Assembly (NCBI GenBank): GCA_028023455.1
Contig: JAQFVV010000006.1
Location: 5,456,001 to 5,520,000, forward strand
From: Epiperipatus broadwayi
Lineage: Eukaryota > Animalia > Onychophora
DNA: 64,000 bases
Direction of reading: 5' to 3'
Below the pieces are notes generated by a model that searched no databases, was not told where the DNA came from, and worked only from the letters and a program-made list of their open reading frames with translations. This document shows, one piece after another, positions 50,479-61,373 of the stretch; within the stretch, counting starts at the first letter, position 1, and each line of letters begins with the position of its first letter. The position numbers and the translations under genes were made by a program.

Positions 50479-52254
50479 AGGTATACTTTGATAAAACTTA
50501 GGTTGCTTTTTAATTCTTCAGCCTTTCTTTCAAAAACTTTGATTGTCTTCCACTTAAATTCATAGTGATTAGATTTTCCAAGTCTTACATAATTATTGGA
50601 CAATTCTTACCAGTAGTTTGCACACATAGGCTTGGGTGAATCATTATATGAATGTGCAAATCTATGTTTCAAGTAAGAAAGGTCATATTTACGAATTTTC
50701 TGCCTCTTGTCATATGAGGTTGAAAGCAACATAGACAGTTTTGCCAATTCTGCTAGAATACGATTCGGCTTCATTAAATTCTTAACTGCTTTTGACTGAT
50801 TGATTTCTACAAATACATCGAATTTTCATTAGCCACTTATCTATCTCAGGATTAAACTTTTATTGAAGAATTATCAAATGCACTATTACAAAGAAGAAAC
50901 TCCCCAGTAATTATAGTACTGACATATATTAATTGTACAACAAACAGGACAAAAATGGTGGATTTTAGTTAGTTATTTTCACAGCCACAGAGATGTTGGT
51001 CAACTTCAATTCTATTTCATATATGTCATATTGCTGTGAAAATTTAATATATTTATGTATATACCTTGTGATAGACGTGAATTCACCAAGGATTTCAATT
51101 AGTGGCTTAATTTAAATCTTTTGGTGAGCAGGATGGGCATCAAATTTTTAAATAGCTATTATTTTTGTAAACAGAAGAGCTAAAGAGATATGAAAACAAT
51201 GAAATCAATTAAACAGCTCCTGGATAACTCAGTGGAGAGCATGAAATCAATTAAACAGACTTTAATAGAACATATATAATACTACATTCAATTGGAAATA
51301 CATATGTCAATAACAATAGTAGTAGTAGTAGTCACAATTATAATAATAATGGATCTACTACACTCGGTTTTAAGAGATGAATCCAATCCATAACCCTAAC
51401 ATATTGAACATTCCAGACCATAGCTTAAATATAGTTATAGTTAAATAGTCCTATGGCATATATGAGATAGATTGGTGTGTCCTGCATTAAAATTTTAATG
51501 CTTTTTTTCTAAAAGAGTTAGGAATCTTTGGGAACAATGTTATTCCTTTTGAAAAAATGAAGGATACCATAACTTGGGGTGCTTTATTTCCTTGATCTTT
51601 ATTGTTATGTGAAATCAAGAGTCACGTCCAATCTTTATTACCACTTTTACATGATCATTATCAAGAAATTTTCATACTTCTTTTTAATATTTACTGAGGC
51701 TGTAACCTCGAAAATATGCATGTAAAATGTGATAGTAAGGAACTCTACAGGTGTTTAACCACAAGCTTACCCTATGGAAGAAAAGAGGGGAACCCTTCTT
51801 TGCTTCAACCTACTTTCTATTTAAATAGGTGAAGCTGAAGTGGTTAGATCTGCGAGCGTGAAGCTATTCAATACTTCACTGATTAAGACCACATTTCTTA
51901 TTACACATTAATACTCACAAAAGCTTTCGATTTACGAGTCAATGGAAAGATTTTATAGTTAGAAATCTATTACAGTAATTTAAAGTTGTAATTATAAATT
52001 TATTAAACGCACATTGCTCCTGTATTTACAATTCATTTTTATTTAGTGATGCCATTGTGTATTATTTAGATAAAACCTTTTTAATATATATATTACAAAT
52101 TTTGTGCATGCATAATATTCATAATTACTATGCACACACACACACATACCCAACAACGATTGTATATATGACAGGCAAAACTCTCCATAGTGATCATGTG
52201 ATATTGTATATATGCATATTAATAAACATATCTAGTGTCTGAAACTATTCTAGT

Positions 52255-52298
52255 ACCTCACTGAGGAGTGCCAAAGCATGAAACCATTGATCTGGGAT
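52255..52298 (+). ncRNA. Type I HHR-like motif (A/B superfamily), core intact
   Basis: ACCTCA CTGAGGA GTGC CAAA GCAT GAAA CCATTGA TC TGGGAT. Confidence 0.65.
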
Positions 52299-52720
52299 TT
52301 GGATGTGATTTCTCATAGAGATATTTTAAATGCTTTCTCTTGCTAAGCATTTATCAGAAAGTTTGTTGAGCAATTAGGAAAACTCTTTCTTTATATCATT
52401 CTTGTGTTTTGCATGCATTTAGTTTACATGTATATGAATACATTAAGCTCTATTAATGATTTGATTGAATCACATATATACTCCTAACGACTAATATAAA
52501 AATGATAACTTGGTGATAACTGCCGATTATTGTCAATTATTGCTTATCAGCCTTCTAACATATCAGTTTTAAAATTATGACAAATTTTAATGGCTGCCTT
52601 AAACTATTAAGATGCATAAATCAAAAATACATAAGTGCAACTGTGTCACTTAGAGAATTAAATAATATGACACACCGAAAGTTGTTTTTAATTAATAACT
52701 ACTCTATTTTTTATTTTTAG

Positions 52721-52849
52721 TATGTACCCGAATCTGCTAGATACTGCCTTTTAACAAATCAAAAAAAGAAGGCAGAAGCGATCATACAGCGAGTTGCCAG
52801 AACCAATAACAAACCTATGCCAGAAGGAATTTTATTAGAACCTGAAAAG
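52721..52849 (+). CDS. SVOP: SVOP/SVOPL-family exon E (YVPESARYCLLTNQKKKAEAIIQRVARTNNKPMPEGILLEPEK)
   Basis: tttttag acceptor; PESARY and PMP.G.L motifs; 129 nt. Donor GTTAAT is weak, so the 3' boundary is less certain. Confidence 0.88.
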
Positions 52850-53499
52850 GTTAATACATTTAATTATTATTATTCTTATTTGTATATATATATTTCATGG
52901 GGGGAAAAAGAAGGTACTGTAATAAGTTTAATCATTTTTATGTAAGTATATGTATTTTACTAATTATATTTAACGTATGTATTTTAATAATTATATTTAT
53001 TGTAATGAAATGTAAATAATGTCTATTGGGGGGAATTGCTGTAGGATAATTGGTCATGTGATTGTGTAAAAAGAAATCATGTATCTTGAAAAGATTCCAT
53101 TAAGGAATGAAAGCCGAATTGATGTATTAAATAATATTTTTATTTATAGTAAGTTGTCTATTGCAATTTTGTTTTAAATTGATTATTTTTAATTTTATAT
53201 ATAGAAGGCAACATTATGGACAAATTTTAACATTGAAATTTGATTATTTAAAGTATTATACACATAGATATACAGAACATATATACATACATTACGATAT
53301 ATACAGCAAACACTCGTAAATGAATATGGCCATTCTAACTAAAAAAAACATTGCTCTATAGGTACATTTAATGGCGGAATTATACAGGACTATACACATT
53401 ACCGACACATTCAAATATAGAATATGATGGTCAATTTTTCTTTTTATATGATACTTTGTGGTCCTGTTTTTTAATTTCTTAAGCAGAAAACTTTTATCT

Positions 53500-56400
53500 C
53501 TCATATACTTCATTATTTAATCAAATTGTAACTCTCCAATAAATATTCCATTCTATATCATTTCTTCCCAAGAAAACCAATCCACATCACCTTACTTTAA
53601 AATATCTTTGAGGTATTCTTCTAATATAAATCATGTAAAGTAAAAGCCCTAAATACAATTAGTTTAATTGCAGTAGTTATTTCCCTGTGGTTTACTAAAA
53701 TACTCTGACATATAATTTGCTAAAAGCAGCAAGGTTATATTAGAGTGAGTGTTAGATGTCAGCATCTCTAAGACCATATTTGCTGAGGATTTTACCCTTT
53801 ACAGACTGATAAAAGCTTGAATTGTTTGAACATTAATTATTAAATTAAAAATTTTTGTTCGCTGATTTTAACACATTAAATACATTCTGTATATCATTCT
53901 TTGAAAAAATATTACATTTATTAGCATACAATACATGCAGAATCCAAGATGAAATCGTATTTTCACTTTTAATTGATTCCCATTAAAAATTCTACTATCA
54001 GACTTGTATCATAACTAGATCTTGTTTCATTAAGCTGCTTATAACCTGTTACAAAGACAACTATCATAAAAATTTAAAACAATGTTAGAGCAAGTAAATT
54101 TCCTTGTTTGATACTAATTTTCATCTCAAATTCCTCATATTATCTACTATAGTAATAATACTTCAACATATCCCATCCTATAAAGGCTATATAATAAGAA
54201 TAAGCTTTAATAGATAAGCAACTAATTTCAACCAGAATCATAGACCTGTTTATTTAACTGAATCAAATGCTTTGAATAAATCAATAAATATGTAAATCAT
54301 TCTCTTGTTCCAGACAGTTTTATTACATTTGCTTAGCAACAAAGCCCATATCTATAGTGCTTTTTCATTCTCTAAAATCACACTATAATAAGAATAAACT
54401 TTGGTAGACAAGCAACTAATTTCAACCAGAGTCATAGATCTGTTCGTTTAACTGAATCAAAGGCTTTGAATAAATCAATACATATGTAAATCATTCTTTT
54501 GTTCCAGACAGTTTTATTACATTTGCTTAGCAACAAAGCCCATATCTATAGTGCTTTTTCATTCTCTAAAATCACACTATAATAAGAATAAACTTTGGTA
54601 GACAAGCAACTAATTTCAACCAGAGTCATAGATCTGTTCGTTTAACTGAATCAAAGGCTTTGAATAAATCAATACATATGTAAATCATTCTTTTGTTCCA
54701 GACAGTTTTATTACATTTGCTTAGCAACAAAGCCCATATCTATAGTGCTTTTTCATTCTCTAAAATCACACTATAATAAGAATAAACTTTGGTAGACAAG
54801 CAACTAATTTCAACCAGAGTCATAGATCTGTTCGTTTAACTGAATCAAAGGCTTTGAATAAATCAATACATATGTAAATCATTCTTTTGTTCCAGACAGT
54901 TTTATTACATTTGCTTAGCAACAAAGCCCATATCTATAGTGCTTTTTCATTCTCTAAAATCACACTATAATAAGAATAAACTTTGGTAGACAAGCAACTA
55001 ATTTCAACCAGAGTCATAGATCTGTTCGTTTAACTGAATCAAAGGCTTTGAATAAATCAATACATATGTAAATCATTCTTTTGTTCCAGACAGTATTATT
55101 ACATTTACTTAGCAACAAAGCCCATATCTATAGTGCTTTTTCATTCTCTAAAATCACACTATAATAAGAATAAACTTTGGTAGACAAGCAACTAATTTCA
55201 ACCAGAGTCATAGATCTGTTCGTTTAACTGAATCAAAGGCTTTGAATAAATCAATACATATGTAAATCATTCTTTTGTTCCAGACAGTATTATTACATTT
55301 ACTTAGCAACAAAGCCCGTATCTATAGTGCTTTTTCATTCTCTAAAATCACACTATAATAAGAATAAACTTTGGTAGACAAGCAACTAATTTCAACCAGA
55401 GTCATAGATCTGTTCGTTTAACTGAATCAAAGGCTTTGAATAAATCAATACATATGTAAATCATTCTTTTGTTCCAGACAGTATTATTACATTTACTTAG
55501 CAACAAAGCCCGTATCTATAGTGCTTTTTCATTCTCTAAAATCACACTATAATAAGAATAAACTTTGGTAGACAAGCAACTAATTTCAACCAGAGTCATA
55601 GATCTGTTCGTTTAACTGAATCAAAGGCTTTGAATAAATCAATACATATGTAAATCATTCTTTTGTTCCAGACAGTATTATTACATTTACTTAGCAACAA
55701 AGCCCATATCTATAGTGCTTTTTCTTTCTCTAAAACCACACTGAGTCTCTAATTATTTATCTATATCTGGAAGTAACCTATTTAACAAAATCCTTGAAAA
55801 TAATTTTGCTGAAGTGGATAATAATGATATTTCATGATAAATACTGCAATCTTGTTTATTCCCTTTATTTTTAAAAATGGAAACAATAAAAGCATTTTTA
55901 AAATCAGATAGAATAACTTCTTAAGTCCATATATTCCTCAACAAAGTCCAATTACCATCATAGTTTAAAACTTCTCCAGGTATTTTGTCAGAACCTAGAT
56001 CCTTTACATATTTAAGCTTATAATAAGCTATTTTCATTTTACTAAACTAGATATCTTTGACCAAATTTAAAGGAGTACATAAAATGGATATATCATTAAA
56101 AGTTAAAGTTATCATCCCAATTTTTATATTCTAATTCAAAAGGATAATCACAATGCTTCTTCCACCTCTTCATAATATCATTGTCTATAAGATAGTACAA
56201 TTTCTGGATTTGAGAGGATTGTCTTACCATTTTTCAAGTTTGCATGTTATTTTCAATGCATCAGAAAGGACGTAGAATGACCATCATCAGTCCATGTTTG
56301 TGCCCTTTTTACAGTTTTAATCCTCCAATAATTATAAGCCATTTTGTCAGCCATCCAACTTCTGTTTTTAAATATCTATGTTTATCATAAAGTACTACAT

Positions 56401-57140
56401 TTAATTTATTATTTTAACCAAGCAGAAAAAGCCGTACATTTTCTTTTAATCAAATCGTTAATAATAAAAGCAATATCAGAAAAACAGTCATGATTTTTCA
56501 TTTTAGTCAGCCAATGAACATCACTGAGAGAATTCCAAGCCTCAACAACATGACAATCTTGAAGGTCCAAAATTTTACTCATTAGTAACTGTTGAAATAT
56601 AATGTCAATATGATTGGAAGAATCTCCTTTTTTAAAGCAACTATTATTTTAATCTTGGAACGTACTAATCTATGATCCATCTTGCAATTTTCTTTTTTGT
56701 ATTCTCATTCATAACTATAATGTAATCTATTAAATGCCATTGTTTTTTCATGAATGTGTCCATATTCCCTTATAGCAATTTTTCTGTCTGAACAAATTGT
56801 GTGTGATGGTCAATCCATGTGTGGTAAAAAAATTCAATATCAACAGACCATTAGAATCAATAGTACCAATACCATTATTTCCAAAAACTTTTGGTCAAAG
56901 TCTGCTGTTAGTAACCATTATGTGGATTAAAGTCTCCAAGAAGTAAGTTTGTCCTTAAATTGCTATGGCTGTAATACATTATCCAGTAATTAATAGTAGC
57001 TTTTTTTCATCTCTGAATTTTTAGAATCTAATGCTGGACCATATACACTAATAAAATAAATATTGGTACAACTGCACAAGCAAGTTGTAACACCATTAGC
57101 CTTTTATTGATGCAACAAGGAATTCCAAGAATAGAAGACT
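53500..57140 (-). mobile_element. Degenerate RTE-like LINE (APE endonuclease plus RT)
   Basis: Minus fragments DHRLVRSKI (APE end), IDLFKAFDSVKR (RT) and GLRDAD (GLRQGD-like). Confidence 0.75.
54191..55742. repeat. 194-bp tandem array, 8 copies, made from LINE RT coding sequence
   Basis: Unit starts at 54191, 54385, 54579, 54773, 54967, 55161, 55355 and 55549; the minus strand of each unit encodes IDLFKAFDSVKR. Confidence 0.95.
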
Positions 57141-57214
57141 AAATTTTCAAAAAAAATCCATACCATGCTTTTTTCTCTCACTATACCTATTCACCTATTC
57201 TATCAAACTTCCTT

Positions 57215-57515
57215 TGAAACATCACATAATTACCATTCTTTATGCTTATACAAGCTATTTTCACAAAATCAAAAATCTCCATATAGTGCAAGCCAGAGTA
57301 ATCAATGTATGCAGGACAGTTTGTGCATAAAATCCCTATCTATTGCCTACTCATCCAATATCCCCAGACTAGTTAAAGCCACATGATAGAAACTAGTTTG
57401 GGGATATTGGATGAGTAGGTACTAGATAGGGATTTTATGTACAAATCTTCCTGCATTCACTGATTACTCTGGCTTGCACTGAGTGGAAGTACTGTGTGGA
57501 GAGTTTTGCTTCTGT
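57215..57515. mobile_element. HHR family A foldback
   Basis: Minus arm ends at CCCCAGACTAGTT (about 57373); + arm starts inside stem II (AAAGCCACATGATA GAAA CTAG TT TGGGGA). Confidence 0.8.
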
Positions 57516-58067
57516 GTGCAAACTTATATTGATTTTAAATCTTGACAGTTTTTTAGTCAACAGTGTTAATCTCTGTTCTGATCCTGAAAGGTATATATCA
57601 AGTAAAGTTTTCACATTCTGTGTATTTATATTTTTAAAAAAAACTATGTTACACATTATGAGTAACTAATCATTCAATCCAACATTTTTTAGAAAATACA
57701 ATAAATTTTACACTAGGACTTTGCCATCAGAATTGAAGCATAATAAACAGTAAATCCAAATATGCAAACTTATTCTGAGTAGTTCAAACATACAATACTT
57801 CTGATATCATGGAAGCACAGAAAATATGTAATTTCAAATGCTACTTTTAAGTTATAATATAAATTCAAATTTAAAATATTAACAATGATAAGAATCAGCG
57901 TAACAAATTCTGACCTATTATATAATAATACAGAACCATAACTGCATACTTGGTAGAAACATGCATCTACATGAAAGCAAGAATCTACTTCCAAAATAAG
58001 CAAACATTCTCAATGTAAGAACTTTATGCAATTATATATATATATATATAATCATTAGAAACCAGTC

Positions 58068-58330
58068 AACACTTAAACAATCCCGATATAGATAACAATC
58101 AACAATGTCAAACTGTTGTCAAGGCAACACTTAAACAATCCCAATATAGATAACAATCAACAATCTCAAACTGTTGTCAAGGCAACACTTAAACAATCCC
58201 AATATAGATAACAATCAACAATCTCAAACTGTTGTCAAGGCAACCTCCTTTTAACAATAAACGTGCTTTGACAGTTTGAAATTGTTGATTGTTATCTATA
58301 TTAAGATTGTCTAAGTGTTGACTGTTTTTT
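58068..58330. repeat. 3 x 58-bp tandem repeat followed by an inverted copy
   Basis: Unit starts at 58068, 58126 and 58184; inverted copy at about 58265-58330. Confidence 0.9.
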
Positions 58331-59522
58331 AATGATTACAAATAAACCCATTTAGCCTTGGGCATTATTACACTTATTATATATATATCATATCTATGTT
58401 TTCTATTAAAATTGCCAAGCAAAAACCAACTTTTTATATGGTAAATGTCAGCAGAGTGTTTATACTCTTTAGCAATTGACTCTTCATTCAAATATATAAT
58501 GGTTATCAAAATTCTGTTTTCAACATTGCTAAAATTTGTCATTTCTCATTACTAATAATATTTGTAAAATATGTTTTATAATTCAATTATTAATTTTTTA
58601 CTTTTCTGAGCCAATGTATTTTTGGACTTATATATACAAAGACAGGGTCACATTCTAGACTATAGAATGATGATTAAGCCCCTAAATATAAAAGCAATTC
58701 ATCCTAAATCAATAATCCCAGTATCATATAAATATGTGGGATTGAAGGGTTTCTTTCATAGAAATCATACACTATGCAAGTTTGAATATGATAGAAAGAA
58801 CAACATTGAACAGTACACAAATGATCTCTGAAATATGGGATATAATCACAATAAAAATCGTAAATGCCATAAAGAGATTGTATAAAAAATAAGAAATCCT
58901 TGTCCCAATCAATAAGTGGAGCCTAAAAAAACTAGATAAGCCTACCTTATATTCCAAAGATTGCACATAAATTTAAATATATATATAAATAAATTTAATG
59001 TAAGCTTTCAAACCACTCCATCACTTAGCCAATTAATCAATAACTCTAAAGACTCTATACCAAATGAATCAGAACATTATGTGGTCTATAGAATTGGGTG
59101 CAGCTAATCAGCTTGTAATGTTGTATATTATGGGGAGTCGATGACCAATTTGTCAACAAGACTTTCCCAACACAAAAATTTATTAGAAACACACTAATAT
59201 TTCCAGACGACAAGCAGAAAACTGGTCATAGATTCGAACTAACAAAAGCAGAGATAGTGTACACAGAGAGAGAGGATAGAAAGTGGAAGATTAAAGAAGC
59301 ATGTGCAATAATTGGTTACCATTTTTCTTTTAACAGAAAAAGAAATGTGTATCCATTTCAAAGAAATAGGCTATTTAATTATTCAAATTTAAATTTAAAT
59401 TAAATACGTGAACAGTTAATTAAACACTGATACAAAGAACCATTTAATCACACCACTGTATACCATAAATGTGATATAGTAAAAATGTATATTGAAACCA
59501 TGCTAGGCAGTAAAGACATTTA

Positions 59523-60140
59523 AATACATTAAAGATCAGCCTGTCAAGCTATTGTGCATACACTTTTTACGAGTGTTAATAATAAATGAATACTTTAACT
59601 CCCAACACAAGATATAGTATTTAGGAAAGAATAAAATGAATCCACTTATTCTATCCAACCCAAATGCTTATATATGGGCAAATCTTAAGTACTGGAAGTG
59701 AAAGCATGAGGATAGACTACTCACTTTAAATTACTGTTTACGATGTCTGAATGAATGACGTTGACGAAATTATATAGAATTTACTAAACGTCATTCTCAA
59801 ATGAAACTTAAACATATGTAAATAAGCATTTATTTTACATAGCGCATGTTTATAATCGTCGACGTCATTCATTCAGACATCATAAACAGTAATTTAAAGT
59901 GAGTGGTCTATCCTCACGCTTTCACTTCCAGTATTTAAGATTTGTCCATATATAAGCATTTGGGTTGGATAGAATAAGTGGATTCATTTTATTCTTTCCT
60001 AAATACTATATCTTGTGTTGGGAGTCAAAGTATTCATTTATTATTAACACTCGTAAAAAACACATGCACAATAGCTTGACAGGCTGATCTTTAATGTATT
60101 ACAATTTATAAACATGCGCTATATAAAATAAATGCTTATA
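59523..60140. repeat. Family G foldback, 245-bp arms, left side spanning a full monomer of about 338 nt
   Basis: 59523-59767 is inverted against 59856-60100; the AATAAGCATTTATTTTA...ATGTTTATAA block appears in the loop and again, inverted, at 60103-60140. Confidence 0.9.
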
Positions 60141-61373
60141 TACATTACATAATGAAATTTTGTTTACATATTCCCATACATACTCCAAAGTATGCCCTTA
60201 TTACTAAAATTTAGTTTTCCATCTAGGGGAAAAAAACTCAAACTTTATATTGATAATATTTTAATAAAAATAAACATACAAGACTATTTATTTAATTCTA
60301 ACAATCAAAAATTGTCAACACTAGTTTTCTTTTTCTCTCTAAAAATTTAAATCTTATTCAAAAAGTATATATAATAGCATAAAAGTGCATATGATAATGT
60401 AAGTGAATAATAACTAAATTATCATGGACTCGTATTTTAATTCAAAGGCATCTTACTAGGATAATAATGATAACCAAAAAAAAGTGCATAATGTTAATAC
60501 ATTTCATATTTGTGTGATATATAATTCATTAAAAGTTATGTTTAAAATGTTTATTTAACCTCTAACCCAGCCCTAATCCTAGTGAATTGGATTAAAAGCT
60601 ATTCTTTGTCAATTAACATTAAGTTGATATAATGGAGGTAATAAATTACTATTAAAACTTCTATACGAACTTTAATATCGAATAGAGTATTATGAGTTAA
60701 ATAAATAAAAACTGAGTTGCTATGTTTGATAGGATTTTAACTGATGCCAAGAGTAAGATGTCAAGAGTAAGTTATGGCATCACTTCCTGCCAGCAGTTAG
60801 TTGATGTTTACATCAAACGTTGTTTTATATTCGACCACATGTTACTACCAATTTTATAGAGGGCATAAATAAATAAATTTAATAGATTACACATTTATGT
60901 GGTATTTAATTGATTAATATTTATATATATAAAATGTTTTATTAAAATCAAGGTTATTAAAAATGAACTGCATTATAGACTTTGTTTAGCCAATTAATAT
61001 TAATAAAACCAACGTAAAAAAGGCTTTTGTTAAATTACTGCTAATATTTATATTCAAACCTTAATTTCAAATTGAGTGTTGTGAATTTATTTAACTAGAA
61101 ACTGAGTTGTTATGAATGGATATGATTTCAACTACTGCTCTAAGCAACAGATGATGTCGCATTTGTTGTCAGAAAAACATTATATCTACATATTCAGCAG
61201 ATATGAATAGGCAAATAATTATATAATTAAAGTCATGCAGGTTAGCACAGTAGGAGACTCACTGACTAAATCACATGATCTCCCTAGAAAGTAATAGTTC
61301 AATCATTTTAAGTGCATTATTAAATATATTAATCATTATATAGTTTAAGACCTGATATTACTAGGAAATAAAT

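Larger units (their letters stand above)
49150..50950 (-). mobile_element. hAT Buster/ZBED5-like transposase remnant, interrupted by a SINE and a foldback
   Basis: ORF 49478-49777 (DIFEKMNNNFIENELEWEKCIG...GFIRGLKK...FLH...KVLSKV..VFNYI) and the N-terminal PKPMC...ELSN...FERKAEELK match this family by eye. Confidence 0.75.

Noticed and set aside
60730-60830. HHR candidates near CTGATGC and GATG/CATC AAAC
   Set aside because: Core nucleotides do not match and the halves are not correctly spaced.
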